Notes under the pieces: generated by a model
What the model was told of the DNA's origin: nothing
Database searches by the model: none
Seen by the model: only the letters and a program-made list of their open reading frames with translations
Part shown: in pieces, positions 1-9,725 of the stretch
Numbering within the stretch: position 1 is the stretch's first letter
How the letters are laid out: every line of letters begins with the position of its first letter
DNA from: Phycisphaeraceae bacterium
Lineage (GTDB): Bacteria; Planctomycetota; Phycisphaerae; Phycisphaerales; Phycisphaeraceae
Length of the DNA: 64,000 nucleotides
Assembly: GCA_002686995.1 (NCBI GenBank)
Contig: NYZC01000403.1
Coordinates: forward strand, 20,109 to 84,108
Direction: 5' to 3'
Made by a program: the position numbers and the translations under genes

Positions 1-132
1 ACGCGTGGTCCGTTGCCGCGACCGGAAAGAGGGGCACGAGATCGGGATCCAGTTCCAACAGAAGAACGCAGCCTGAAATAGAAGAAAGATGCCGTGCTGG
101 GGCCTTCAGGGGCCATGGGAAAAGAGCAGGTC

Positions 133-170
133 AGCGATACCGTGATTCAGGCCCCGGTATCGCTTTTTCT
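133..170 (+). terminator. Rho-independent terminator-like hairpin
   Basis: Perfect 10-bp stem AGCGATACCG (133-142) / CGGTATCGCT (155-164) with a 12-nt loop, followed by TTTTCTT. It lies downstream of a short open frame that runs from the window edge to TAG at 79-81. Confidence 0.5.
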
Positions 171-226
171 TGCGCCGTCCACGTACGCGGCGAACCGCGC
201 TCTCGCAGTCCCGCTGCCCCACTGTT

Positions 227-751
227 CTATTCCCCCATGTCCTTCAGCGTCGCCTCCAGCCGCGCGAAGCTCTGCTCCAGCGCTTCGGGCACGACGCGAA
301 CCTGGCCCACCGTCTCGATGAAGTTCGTGTCGCCGCTCCACCTGGGAATGACGTGCACGTGCAGATGACCCGGCAGCCCGGCGCCGGCGCAACGTCCGAT
401 GTTGATGCCGACGTTGAAACCCTGCGGGTTGACGGCGCGGCGAAGGACCTGCTCGCCGAGCATCGCAAGCTCCATCAGATCGCGCCGGCCGTCGGCGTCC
501 AGGTCCGGTAGATCGGCCCGGTGCGCGACCGGCGCGGCGAGCAGATGCCCGTTCGTGTAGGGGTAGCGGTTGAGCATCAGCAGGCCCCGAGCATCGTTGA
601 CCAGCACAAGACGGCTGCGTGCCGCGTCCGTCCCGGTTTTACAGGACGCAGCCTCGCACAAGAAGCACGGCGCCGGGCGATCGGCGTGCTCCTGCCGGCC
701 CAACTGCTCCATGTACGCCATCCGCCACGGCGCCCAGAGGTTATCACGCAT
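227..751 (-). CDS. HIT (histidine triad) family nucleotide hydrolase/transferase
   Basis: Histidine-triad motif GHLHVHVIPRW, plus NRYPYTNGHLL and N-terminal WAPWRMAY typical of the Ap4A-phosphorylase/GalT-like HIT branch. The start is placed at the internal ATG (MRDNLWAPW). The track ORF extends to 853. Confidence 0.8.
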   Translation of the reverse strand: MRDNLWAPWRMAYMEQLGRQEHADRPAPCFLCEAASCKTGTDAARSRLVLVNDARGLLMLNRYPYTNGHLLAAPVAHRADLPDLDADGRRDLMELAMLGEQVLRRAVNPQGFNVGINIGRCAGAGLPGHLHVHVIPRWSGDTNFIETVGQVRVVPEALEQSFARLEATLKDMGE

Positions 752-1279
752 CACTTCTGACCCGCTTGCTGAGGCCCTCCCAGCGGGTCTCAGCCTATCC
801 GAACCCCCCTGTGAAGCAACCATGCGCGCCCACCGGCGCGCCCACGGCGCCACGTTCGCAAGGCGTGAACGACGTTCAATCTGTCCTCGAGGAACGCGCC
901 CGCCAGGGAGCTGGCTGGCACTCGTCGGTCTTGATCTGGCAGGCGCGGACGCCCGGAGATGGATGGTCGAGCGGGCCCGCGATGAACTCTACGCCTTACA
1001 GCTGCGCCAGCCGCCATGTTGAGCAGACCAGATGATGCCCTTGTCCTTACGTCCGGCGCGACATGGCCGCGGCCTGGCGCGAGATGCACGAGGAGCCTTC
1101 CCCGTGACGCTGGGACCGTATCTGCTCTTCGCGGCATGGCTTCTGCTACCCGAGGCGGGGATGCAACCTCCGGCCTGGTCAATCATTGATTTTCCCTTCG
1201 GCCTGCGTCTGGGTGGACAACTGAACGGAGTCATCGATGGGATTTCAGGTTGCAGGCAATGGCCACGTCCGCGGCGTTA

Positions 1280-3061
1280 TCAGCTCGCGGAACGCACTTG
1301 GAATTGATCGACGACATTCTGCAATTCCTCCGACTTCCGTGACAACTGTGTAGCCGCTTGGGATGCTTGTTCGCTGCCCTCCGCGCTCTCTTCGGTCAAA
1401 TTGCGGATCGCCTCCACGCTTTTTGTGATCTGCTGGGCGGCCACTGCCTGTTCTTGTGTCGCCGCCGCAATCGACTGGATGATGCTGGAGACCTGCTCTG
1501 CGCCACCTACGATCGTTTTCAACGACTCGCCCGCTTCGGTCGCCAGTCTGACGCCGTCGCCAACGTGCTCTGTGCCACTACCAACCTGCTCCACGACCTT
1601 CTTGGTCTCCTCCTGGATGGACTTGATCGACTCGGTCACTTCACTGGTCGACTGCGTTGTCCGCTCGGCTAGATTCCTGACCTCGTCGGCTACGACTGCG
1701 AATCCCCTCCCATGTTCACCCGCCCGAGCGGCCTCTATTGCCGCATTCAGAGCCAATAGATTCGTCTGCTCCGCGATGTCATTGATGACCTCGATAATGT
1801 TTCCAATCTGCTCGCCCCGCTCACCCAACGTCGTGATCGCCGCCGCCGCCTGATTCACCACCTGTTCGATGCTCCGCATTGAGTCGACTGTTCTTGTGAC
1901 GGCCTGACCCCCATCGCTCGCCTGCTTCCCCGCGTCGTCGGCGTTCGTCGACGCGTTCGTACTCATCTGTGATACTTCCGCTACTGATGCGGCGGTCTGT
2001 TCAATTGCGGCCGCCACCTGCGCCGTCTGGCCATGCTGCTGTCGCATGCCTTCGGCCGTCTGTTCGCTTGTCGCTGCAATTTCCGCAGCTGCCGACGCAA
2101 CGTCCTGCGTCGAAGTACTCACCTCGGTGATCACGCCCTGAAGCGTCTGAATGAAGTCGTTGAAGCACCCACCGATCTGACCGATCTCGTCGTGACTGTG
2201 GACATCGACTCGTTGGGTGAGATCTTTGGTGCTTTGGATCACACGGATCCTGTCTATCATACTTCTGATCGGCTTCGAGATGATTGCGCGGAAGAACCAC
2301 ACGAAGAGACCAAGCACTACTACCAGCACAGGCACCGTCCACGAGATTCCGGCCCAGACAAACGCTGCAACCTGTTCATCCAACGGATCCAAAGGCGTTG
2401 TGACATGGAACGCGCCGTGCATTTCACCGATCTGCCAGCCCTCCATGCTGAAACCGATTGGATCCTTCCCGTCGCCATCCGTGTCGTACTCATTTCCGGG
2501 TTGTCCGTGACACATCATGCAATTAGCACTCAACGTGATCGCGCGCATGTAGTGCAACGAGTTGGCCTGTTCGTCGACACTATACGCAACATCTTCGCCG
2601 CCGCTCTCAACCTGAGTTCTCAACTTTCTCAACAGATTTTCTTCAAAGGATCCGCTCTTCGGCAGGTTCCTCTTGTTTCGAGCGTCAAACGCTTTGACGT
2701 CGAACTGAATTTGCTCCCGGTTGGCTGCCTTCTCTGCCGCCTTCCATCCAGCAACGACTGGGATCGTGTTAAAAATCTTCGCCTCGTCATAGGGCCTGCC
2801 ACTCGAAAGCGTCCTTTTCAAATCTTCCAGCAATCCTTCTTGATCGAATGCACCGTCCCTATGCATCGCTACCGCGTGGTCCTTTGCCTCGTCCGCAACC
2901 GCAGTGAACGCTGCGGCTTTATCGATCAGATACCCAGTGGCACTGGCCCGATAACGCCGGGTGAACACGGCATAGCTCAAGGCTGTGATGACAACCACCA
3001 GAGTTACCACAACCACGATGGCACGCGTTCCGATAGGTATGGACCTGATACGACTCAACAC
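1280..3061 (-). CDS. Methyl-accepting chemotaxis protein with a periplasmic c-type-haem (CxxCH) sensor domain
   Basis: N-terminal TM helix, then a sensor region containing CMMCH (a CxxCH haem-c attachment motif, DUF3365/Tll0287-like). This is followed by a second TM helix, a HAMP domain, and the highly conserved MCP signalling core EQTNLLALNAAIEAARAGEHGRGFAVVADEVRNLAERT. Confidence 0.9.
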   Translation of the reverse strand: MLSRIRSIPIGTRAIVVVVTLVVVITALSYAVFTRRYRASATGYLIDKAAAFTAVADEAKDHAVAMHRDGAFDQEGLLEDLKRTLSSGRPYDEAKIFNTIPVVAGWKAAEKAANREQIQFDVKAFDARNKRNLPKSGSFEENLLRKLRTQVESGGEDVAYSVDEQANSLHYMRAITLSANCMMCHGQPGNEYDTDGDGKDPIGFSMEGWQIGEMHGAFHVTTPLDPLDEQVAAFVWAGISWTVPVLVVVLGLFVWFFRAIISKPIRSMIDRIRVIQSTKDLTQRVDVHSHDEIGQIGGCFNDFIQTLQGVITEVSTSTQDVASAAAEIAATSEQTAEGMRQQHGQTAQVAAAIEQTAASVAEVSQMSTNASTNADDAGKQASDGGQAVTRTVDSMRSIEQVVNQAAAAITTLGERGEQIGNIIEVINDIAEQTNLLALNAAIEAARAGEHGRGFAVVADEVRNLAERTTQSTSEVTESIKSIQEETKKVVEQVGSGTEHVGDGVRLATEAGESLKTIVGGAEQVSSIIQSIAAATQEQAVAAQQITKSVEAIRNLTEESAEGSEQASQAATQLSRKSEELQNVVDQFQVRSAS

Positions 3062-3310
3062 AGGTATCCTCCATTCGCAGTAGTCATTGATTGATTCGTT
3101 TATCGGTGAGCATCATGACCCGATCCATCCTGGGCCATCGGATTGCTACAGATTTCAATTGCTCCGATGAGGTCACGATTCCGGGAGCGACGGAGCCAGC
3201 TAGGGGCCTTCAGCATCCCGCCTTACATACGTTTCGATTGATGCGATAGAATCCAGCGTGGTCGGTTCACGCCGACGCTCCCTGCCCATCGGCCGGGCAA
3301 GGAGCGCGCC

Positions 3311-3490
3311 GTGCACCGCCGGATCCTGACTGCTTTGCTCACCGTGGCTGTCCTGGCCGCGGGCTGCACCACCATCCATATAAGGAAAGACGCCCAGGGT
3401 TGGGAGGCCACCGTCGATCTCCCGATCCTCGAGGACCGGGAGATCGGCCGCCTCGAGGTCACGATCCCGGGCGAGAAGGATGGGGAATAG
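3311..3490 (+). CDS. Possible small lipoprotein (59 aa, GTG start)
   Basis: My own translation gives VHRRILTALLTVAVLAAGCTTIHIRKD..., a basic n-region, hydrophobic core and LAAGC lipobox. It is below the length cut-off of the ORF track. It overlaps the 5' extension of the pentapeptide ORF in another frame. Confidence 0.35.
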   Translation: MHRRILTALLTVAVLAAGCTTIHIRKDAQGWEATVDLPILEDREIGRLEVTIPGEKDGE

Positions 3491-3822
3491 AAAGGGCAGA
3501 CCTCGCGGGAGCGCACTTGGAAGCGGCGCACCTCTTCTTTTCTCATTTGGAAGGGGCGAACCTTGAGGGAGCTTTTTTAGAAAGGGCGAATCTCAGGGGA
3601 ACGCACTTGGAAATGGCGCACCTCCACGATGCTCGCCTGGCAGGGGCGAAGCTCCTGCAAGCCAATCTGGACAATGCGATCCTCGACCAAGCTGACCTCG
3701 GAAGTGTGACTTATTGGAAGATGATCGCTGGAATACGAAGAGCGAGCATCAGCGACCTTGAGAACCCACCGGACGGATTTGTCGAGTGGGCGAAGGAACA
3801 CGGAGCGGTCGCCGACACCTGA
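3400..3822 (+). CDS. Pentapeptide-repeat protein
   Basis: Consecutive A(D/N)LxG-type pentapeptides: ADLAGAHLEAAHLFFSHLEGANLEGAFLERANLRGTHLEMAHLHDARLAGAKLLQANLDNAILDQADL. The true start is uncertain. The first 90 nt overlap the putative lipoprotein frame, and a later TTG is possible. Confidence 0.7.
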   Translation: MGGHRRSPDPRGPGDRPPRGHDPGREGWGIERADLAGAHLEAAHLFFSHLEGANLEGAFLERANLRGTHLEMAHLHDARLAGAKLLQANLDNAILDQADLGSVTYWKMIAGIRRASISDLENPPDGFVEWAKEHGAVADT

Positions 3823-4078
3823 ACCCCGTTCACGAACGCGGCGCGCCCACCGGCGCGCCCTTCGATTCTGAGAACCCCTGAAAAGTCCGGATAAAACGGT
3901 CCATGCCGAGTCTATCACGCACGGACTATAGAATACCGTCCTGTCCCGGCGGATAACTGCATGATGCGACGGGACTTGAGTCCCCGTGTCCCGCCGACCG
4001 ATTGATTGTAGATGCCAGCACGGCGCCGTCGCACGCACTGGAAGGACCGTTTGGTTGCTTGAACCGACCGTACAGCTG

Positions 4079-6796
4079 ATGCTCGCCATCTTCGCCCCGC
4101 TGATCTGCGGGGCGCTCAGCCTGCTGCTGCCGCGCGCGGCCATCGGAGCCCGGGTCAGCCTCGCGCTCGCCGGCCCCGTGCTCGCTCTCACCCTGCTCGG
4201 ACAGTTTGCCGCGGGCGCCGGGATCGGCGCGGAGCTGTCCACGATCGCCTGGATGCCCACGCTGCAGCTGAACATCCAGCTCAATGCCGACCACCTGGGC
4301 ATGTTCTTCGCATTCCTCGTCGCGGGGATCGGCCTTCTGATCGTGCTCTACGCCCGCGCCTACTTCGGGCCCGACGCCGACAGCCTCTATCGCTTCTACC
4401 CCAGCCTGCTGCTGTTCATGACCGCGATGCTCGGCGTGGCCCTGGCCGACGGATTCATGCTGCTGCTGCTGTTCTGGGAGATGACCTCCATCAGCTCGTT
4501 CCTGCTGATCGGCTGGGAGCGCGACAAGAAGGACGCGGTGCGCAAGGCCATGCAGGCGTTCATCGTCACGGGCGCCGGCGGCCTGGTCATGATGGGCGGG
4601 CTGATTCTGCTCGGCGTCCACACGTCCTGCTGGTCGTTCAGCGCCCTGCTCGCCCAGCGCGACACGCTGGCGTTCGACACCCTGACCGTCGCCTCCTTCA
4701 TCATGATCTTCGCGGGCGCCGCGGCGAAGAGCGCCCAGGTACCGCTGCACTTCTGGCTGCCCGGCGCGATGGCCGCCCCGACGCCCGTCTCGGCCTACCT
4801 GCACTCCGCGACGATGGTCAAGGCCGGCGTCTACCTGACCGGGCGCATGTGGCCGATCTTCGCCGTGTCGGTCGGCGCGTGGCCCGTGCTGATCGTGCCG
4901 CTCGGCGCCGTCACGATGGTGTACGGCGCCTTCATCGCGCTGCAGAAGACCGACCTCAAGCAGATCTTCGCCTACACGACGGTGAGCCAGCTGGGCTTGC
5001 TGATGACGATGTACGGTCTCGCAGGTTTCGAGTACCACCACGAGCCCAACCTGCTTTGGGACGTCACGCAGATCCTCAACCACGCCTTCTACAAAGCGCC
5101 CCTGTTCATTCTCGCCGGCGCGATCGGTCACGTCGCGTCGCGCGAGCTTCCGGAGCTGAAGGGGCTGTTCCATCGCGGCCGCACCGAGCGCATCATGACG
5201 ATCGTCCTGCTGCTCGCCGCCTACGGCCTGGCCGCCGGTCCGCTGACCGTCAGCTTCACCGCGAAGGAGCTCTTCTTCTACCAGATCGTCCACGCGAAGG
5301 AGGCGATGGGCGCCTGGACCTGGCCGCTCGTCGCCGCCGGCATCGCGACCGGCATGTTCAACGTCGCGATTCTCGTGCGCCTGGCGACGACGCTGCTCTC
5401 ACGATCGGCGACCGAGGCGCACGCCGAAGCCCATGGCCACGGCCACGGTCACGACGACCATCACGAATCCGGTCCGTGGCCGGCCTTCCTGTGGATCCCC
5501 GGCCTGGTCATCGTGTCGTTCCAGTTCGTGGGCGGCATCGTGCCCGGCGCCTGGGAGACGCTGTTCGGCTGGCTCGACCCGAGCCGCGGCCACTACGACT
5601 TCCACGCGTCGGTCGGCCACTTCCCGATGACCTGGGACGCGCTGCTGCGCCCGGGCCTGCCGCTGTACATGAGCTTCGCGGCGATCGCGCTCGGTCTCGG
5701 GCTCGGTTTCGCACCGCTGCTGAGGAAGACCTGGCACGATCCGTTCGACCACGCCTACCCCGGCTTCTACACGCTGTCGACCAGGGGCGGCGGCTGGCTG
5801 TTCAGCCGCTTCCAGACCGGCCACATGGGGCAGTACATCGCGATCGTCTTCGCGTCCATCGTGCTCCTGTTCGCATGGTCGATCGGGTTCGACTTCGCCG
5901 GCCTCCTGGATCGATGGCCGGCGACGTCGTCCCTGGACTCGAGTCACCCGATGGAGCTTCGCGCCGGCTATTTGATCACGGTGCTGGTGTGCATCGCCGC
6001 GGTGCTGCTTCCCGTCGTGCGCGACCGGGCGAGCCGCGTGCTCGTGCTCGGCACCGTCGGCTTCACGGTCACGGCCGTTTACTACCTGTACAAGGCACCG
6101 GACCTGGCCCTTACGCAGATCAGCATCGAGATCGTCTCGCTCATCCTGTTCCTGCTGGTGCTCTCACTGTTGCCCTCCGAGGCGCCCGGTCCGAACATCT
6201 GGATCGCGCCGCGCCTCGTTCTGTCGATCCTCGTCGGCGGCGTGATGTTCTGGATGACGCTGACCAGCTCGATCGGCGACCGGCCGCCGATGCCCTACTT
6301 CACGAAGACCGGCGAGCCGATCGCCCATCTCGGCCACTACTTCCTGCGCAACAGCCACCACGCGCAGGACACCATGGAAATGAACGCGCACGAGGTCTAC
6401 GGCGGCGTGGTCGACCGCGGCGCGGCGCACCAGCACAGCTTCGGCACGCACGGTGCCGGCGCCGCGCATGTCGGGCACGGCACCGCGAACGAGCTGGCCT
6501 CCGGACCGCCGCTCACCGCGCACAAGGGCGGCGGCGGGCGCAACGTCGTCAACGTGATTCTCGTCGACTTTCGAGGCTTCGACACGATGGGCGAGATCAC
6601 CGTCCTCGGCCTCGCCGCGCTCGGCGTCTGGTCGCTGCTGCGCCGTTCACGCAACGCCGCGGCGGCGGTCGGCCCTGCGGCCGAGACGACGGAGCGCGGC
6701 GGCGACCTCCGCGTCGACATCCCCGAGCCCGATGGCGGCCCCGATCCGGAAGACGAGGTCGTCGCGCGCCTGGCCGATCGGAGCAGCCCGGCATGA
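4079..6796 (+). CDS. mrpA: Na+/H+ antiporter subunit A (MrpA/MnhA, NuoL-like, with C-terminal MrpB-like domain)
   Basis: Multi-TM NuoL/MrpA-type sequence (WMPTLQLNIQLNADHLG, SATMVKAGVYL, FAYTTVSQLG) and a C-terminal NVVNVILVDFRGFDTMGEITVL module. It is the first gene of a seven-gene mrp operon. The start is set at MLAIFAPL; the track ORF begins at the 3986 GTG. Confidence 0.9.
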   Translation: MLAIFAPLICGALSLLLPRAAIGARVSLALAGPVLALTLLGQFAAGAGIGAELSTIAWMPTLQLNIQLNADHLGMFFAFLVAGIGLLIVLYARAYFGPDADSLYRFYPSLLLFMTAMLGVALADGFMLLLLFWEMTSISSFLLIGWERDKKDAVRKAMQAFIVTGAGGLVMMGGLILLGVHTSCWSFSALLAQRDTLAFDTLTVASFIMIFAGAAAKSAQVPLHFWLPGAMAAPTPVSAYLHSATMVKAGVYLTGRMWPIFAVSVGAWPVLIVPLGAVTMVYGAFIALQKTDLKQIFAYTTVSQLGLLMTMYGLAGFEYHHEPNLLWDVTQILNHAFYKAPLFILAGAIGHVASRELPELKGLFHRGRTERIMTIVLLLAAYGLAAGPLTVSFTAKELFFYQIVHAKEAMGAWTWPLVAAGIATGMFNVAILVRLATTLLSRSATEAHAEAHGHGHGHDDHHESGPWPAFLWIPGLVIVSFQFVGGIVPGAWETLFGWLDPSRGHYDFHASVGHFPMTWDALLRPGLPLYMSFAAIALGLGLGFAPLLRKTWHDPFDHAYPGFYTLSTRGGGWLFSRFQTGHMGQYIAIVFASIVLLFAWSIGFDFAGLLDRWPATSSLDSSHPMELRAGYLITVLVCIAAVLLPVVRDRASRVLVLGTVGFTVTAVYYLYKAPDLALTQISIEIVSLILFLLVLSLLPSEAPGPNIWIAPRLVLSILVGGVMFWMTLTSSIGDRPPMPYFTKTGEPIAHLGHYFLRNSHHAQDTMEMNAHEVYGGVVDRGAAHQHSFGTHGAGAAHVGHGTANELASGPPLTAHKGGGGRNVVNVILVDFRGFDTMGEITVLGLAALGVWSLLRRSRNAAAAVGPAAETTERGGDLRVDIPEPDGGPDPEDEVVARLADRSSPA

Positions 6797-7206
6797 GCAG
6801 CATCATCCTCAAGACGGCAGCGCGAATCATCGTGCCCCTGAGCCTGGTGTTCGCGATGTTCATCTATTTCAAGGGTCACCAGAGCCCGGGCGGCGGGTTC
6901 GTCGCGGGCCTCGTCGCGTCGGTCGCCCTGATCGTGCACCGCATGAGCTTCGGCGGCGACAGCCTGCAGGCGATGCTGCCGTTCACGGAGCGCACGTTCA
7001 TCGCCCTCGGCCTGCTGATGGCCGGCGGCACCGGCGCCGCGGCGCTGATGCTCGGGCTGCCGTTTCTGACGTCCAACCACGGTCACGATCCGCTGCCCGG
7101 CGGTTACGAATGGGCCACGGTGATGGTGTTCGACCTCGGCGTCTTCTTCGTGGTCACCGGCGTCGTGGTCGGCATGATCGACGCGCTGTCGAGGGAGATG
7201 GAATGA
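6793..7206 (+). CDS. mrpB: Na+/H+ antiporter subunit B (MrpB/MnhB)
   Basis: The C-terminal part of track ORF 4849..7206 from the ATG at 6793 reads MSSIILKTAARIIVPLSLVFAMFIYFKGHQSPGGGFVAGL, a typical MnhB sequence. Its start overlaps the mrpA stop by 4 nt (ATGA). Confidence 0.85.
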   Translation: MSSIILKTAARIIVPLSLVFAMFIYFKGHQSPGGGFVAGLVASVALIVHRMSFGGDSLQAMLPFTERTFIALGLLMAGGTGAAALMLGLPFLTSNHGHDPLPGGYEWATVMVFDLGVFFVVTGVVVGMIDALSREME

Positions 7207-7261
7207 AGCCGGAGCACCACGAGCCGAGGGCCGCGGGATTCGGTGTCAGGGAGCATCGTGC

Positions 7262-7597
7262 ATGACGTTTCTGACTGCCATCATGGTCGGCGTGATCTTC
7301 GCCTCGGCCACGTTCCTGATGCTCGGCCGTGAGCTGAAGGGCGTGTGCATGGGCGTGTTCCTGCTCGGGCACGGCGCCAACCTGGCGATCATCTCGTCGA
7401 GCACGTCGCCGCTGGGCAGGATCGCGCCCGTGCTCGGAGACGGCATCGACCTCGGCCAGTACGCCGATCCGCTGCCCCAGGCGCTGATCCTCACCGCGAT
7501 CGTCATCGGCTTCGCCGTGCAGGCATTCCTGCTGACCCTGCTGGTGCTGACCTGGCGCCGGGCCCAGACCCTCGAGCTGTCCGAACTGTCCTCATGA
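7262..7597 (+). CDS. mrpC: Na+/H+ antiporter subunit C (MrpC/MnhC, NuoK-like)
   Basis: 111-aa protein with three TM helices, of NuoK/MnhC type, at the expected operon position. Confidence 0.9.
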   Translation: MTFLTAIMVGVIFASATFLMLGRELKGVCMGVFLLGHGANLAIISSSTSPLGRIAPVLGDGIDLGQYADPLPQALILTAIVIGFAVQAFLLTLLVLTWRRAQTLELSELSS

Positions 7598-9243
7598 ACC
7601 CACACCTGATCATCCTGTTCGTGCTTGTTCCGATGACGGCCGGCGTCGTGACGCTGCTGCTGCACCGCCACAAGCCGGCGCAGCGGGTCATCGGACTGTT
7701 CTTCCTGCTGTTCAACGTGATCACGTCGCTGTCGGCGCTGTACCACGTCTACGCCGGCGCCGACCGCGCCGGGCGGATCCTCGTCTCGCAGATGGGCAAC
7801 TGGCCCGCGCCGTTCGGCATCACGATCGCCGTCGATCCGCTCGCGGCGATCATGCTGGCGGTGTGCTCGATCGTGTGCCTGGCCGTGTTCATCTACTGCG
7901 TGAGTCAACTCAAGGACAACATCGCCGGTGGATACTTCCACCCGCTGTATCACCTTCTGATCTTCGGCGTCCAGTGGAGCTTCATCACCGGCGACCTATT
8001 CAACCTGTTCGTCGCGTTCGAGATCATGCTCATGGCGTCGTACGCGATGTTCTGCCTGGGCACGACGCGCGACCAGATGCGCCAGGCGTACAAGTACGTG
8101 CTGCTCAACCTGGTGGGTTCCACCCTGTTCGTGACCTGCGCCGGCATGCTGTACGGCCAGCTCGGCACGCTGAACATGGCCGACATGGCCCGCATCGCCC
8201 TGCAGGGACAGCTGCCCACGGCGGCCGTGCCGGTGGTCGCGATGCTGCTGGTCGTGTTCGGCTTGAAGACCGCGATCTTCCCGATCTGGTTCTGGCTGCC
8301 CGACTCCTACTACACGATGCCGGCGGCCATCGGCGGCCTGTTCGCGGGCCTGCTGACCAAGGTCGGCGCCTACGTGATGATCCGGGTCTTCGTGATGATG
8401 TTCGGCACGGCCGAGGCCGTCACGCAGGTCGTGGCGCCCGTGATCCTGGTCTCGGCGGCGGTGACGATGTTCTTCGGCGTGCTCGGCGCGGTCTCGATGC
8501 ACACGGTGCGCCGCATCCTGTCGATCCACATCATCAGCCAGGTGGGGTACATGATCTTCGGCGTCGGCCTGGCGATCGGCGCCGGGCTGAGCGAAGAGGT
8601 CCGGATGATGGCGGCGGCCGGAGCCATCTTCTTCATCATCCACAACATGGCCGTCAAGTGCTGCCTGTTCCTCTGCGGCGGCCTGATGGTGGAGCACGCG
8701 GGCAGCGACGACCTCGAGAAGATCGGCGGCCTGCTGCCGCGGGCCCCGTGGCTCGCAGCACTGTTCCTGGTCGCGGCGCTTTCGCTCGCGGGCCTTCCGC
8801 CGCTCTCGGGCTTCTTCGGCAAGTGGGTGCTCATCAAGGAAGGCTGGACGGCGGGTCACTACGTGATCACGGGATTCGCGATCGCCACGAGCCTGCTCAC
8901 GCTGCTGTCGATGCTCAAGATCTGGAGCTACGGATTCTGGAACCCGCCGCGCGGCCACCACGTCGATCGGCCGCACGACACGCCGCGGACCTCCGGCGGC
9001 ATCGTCGCCATCGCGATGCTCGTCTTCGTCGCCCTGTCGATGGGGTTCGGGGCCCAGGCGTGGTTCGACGTCTGCCGGGGCGCCGCCCGCTCGCTCATCG
9101 ACCCGAAACCCTACATCACCGCCGTCCTCGGACCGCGCGTCCTCGATGACTACGGTCTGCACCAGCGGATCGCGGCCCGCGATCTGCATGAGGCGCATCG
9201 CGAGGTGCATCACGCGGCGCATCACGAGGAGGTGACGCGATGA
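7594..9243 (+). CDS. mrpD: Na+/H+ antiporter subunit D (MrpD/MnhD, NuoN/M-like)
   Basis: ATG at 7594 overlaps the mrpC stop (ATGA). Proton-pumping NuoM/N-type polytopic sequence (FNLFVAFEIMLMASY, WLPDSYYTMPAAIGGLFAGLLTKVG). Confidence 0.9.
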   Translation: MNPHLIILFVLVPMTAGVVTLLLHRHKPAQRVIGLFFLLFNVITSLSALYHVYAGADRAGRILVSQMGNWPAPFGITIAVDPLAAIMLAVCSIVCLAVFIYCVSQLKDNIAGGYFHPLYHLLIFGVQWSFITGDLFNLFVAFEIMLMASYAMFCLGTTRDQMRQAYKYVLLNLVGSTLFVTCAGMLYGQLGTLNMADMARIALQGQLPTAAVPVVAMLLVVFGLKTAIFPIWFWLPDSYYTMPAAIGGLFAGLLTKVGAYVMIRVFVMMFGTAEAVTQVVAPVILVSAAVTMFFGVLGAVSMHTVRRILSIHIISQVGYMIFGVGLAIGAGLSEEVRMMAAAGAIFFIIHNMAVKCCLFLCGGLMVEHAGSDDLEKIGGLLPRAPWLAALFLVAALSLAGLPPLSGFFGKWVLIKEGWTAGHYVITGFAIATSLLTLLSMLKIWSYGFWNPPRGHHVDRPHDTPRTSGGIVAIAMLVFVALSMGFGAQAWFDVCRGAARSLIDPKPYITAVLGPRVLDDYGLHQRIAARDLHEAHREVHHAAHHEEVTR

Positions 9244-9725
9244 GAGTGCGGCTTCTGCTGCTGAACATCCTGCTCGCGGTGCTGTGGATGTTCATGTGGA
9301 ACGCGATCGACATCTTCACGCTCCTGTTCGGGTTCGCGCTCGGATACCTCCTGCTCGGCGTCATCAGCCGGGTCACGGTGCAGGACAAGGACGGATACGG
9401 CGTCAAGGGCTGGCGGCTGTTCTCGTTCGCGTTCTACTTCATGAGGATCCTGGTGATCGCCAACCTCCAGGTCGCCCGCGAGATCGTGACGCCGGGCTTC
9501 GGCATGTCGCCGGGCATCCTCCGCTACGATGTCTCGGGCATGACCGAGCTGCAGATCACCAGCCTTGCGAACGCGATCACGCTGACGCCGGGCACCCTGT
9601 CGGTCGACGTTTCCGACGAGGGCGATGCGCTCTTCGTGCACTGCATGTACGCCAGTGACCGCGACGCCACGATTCGCGAGCTGGACGAGCTGCGCGACCG
9701 GCTCATGAAGGAGGTCTTCGGATGA
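9240..9725 (+). CDS. mrpE: Na+/H+ antiporter subunit E (MrpE/MnhE)
   Basis: 161 aa with MnhE-like features (LLLNILLAVLWMFMW..., ANAITLTPGTLSVDV). Its start overlaps the mrpD stop by 4 nt. Confidence 0.85.
   Translation: MRVRLLLLNILLAVLWMFMWNAIDIFTLLFGFALGYLLLGVISRVTVQDKDGYGVKGWRLFSFAFYFMRILVIANLQVAREIVTPGFGMSPGILRYDVSGMTELQITSLANAITLTPGTLSVDVSDEGDALFVHCMYASDRDATIRELDELRDRLMKEVFG

Noticed and set aside
853-1279. Several overlapping 80-150-aa ORFs between the HIT gene and the MCP gene (570..1022, 619..1035, 790..1182, 989..1234, 1032..1307).
   Set aside because: They are mutually overlapping in different frames, have no recognisable motifs, and are Arg/Pro/Ala-rich translations. I cannot support any of them as a gene.
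3986-4078. GTG at 3986 as the mrpA start (and ATG at 43272 and ATG at 853 as starts of the GAF-HlyD and HIT genes).
   Set aside because: The N-terminal extensions are Arg/Cys/Pro-rich and non-hydrophobic, or run into intergenic repeats. The family-typical N-termini begin at the downstream ATGs, so the shorter models are preferred, though this is unverified.
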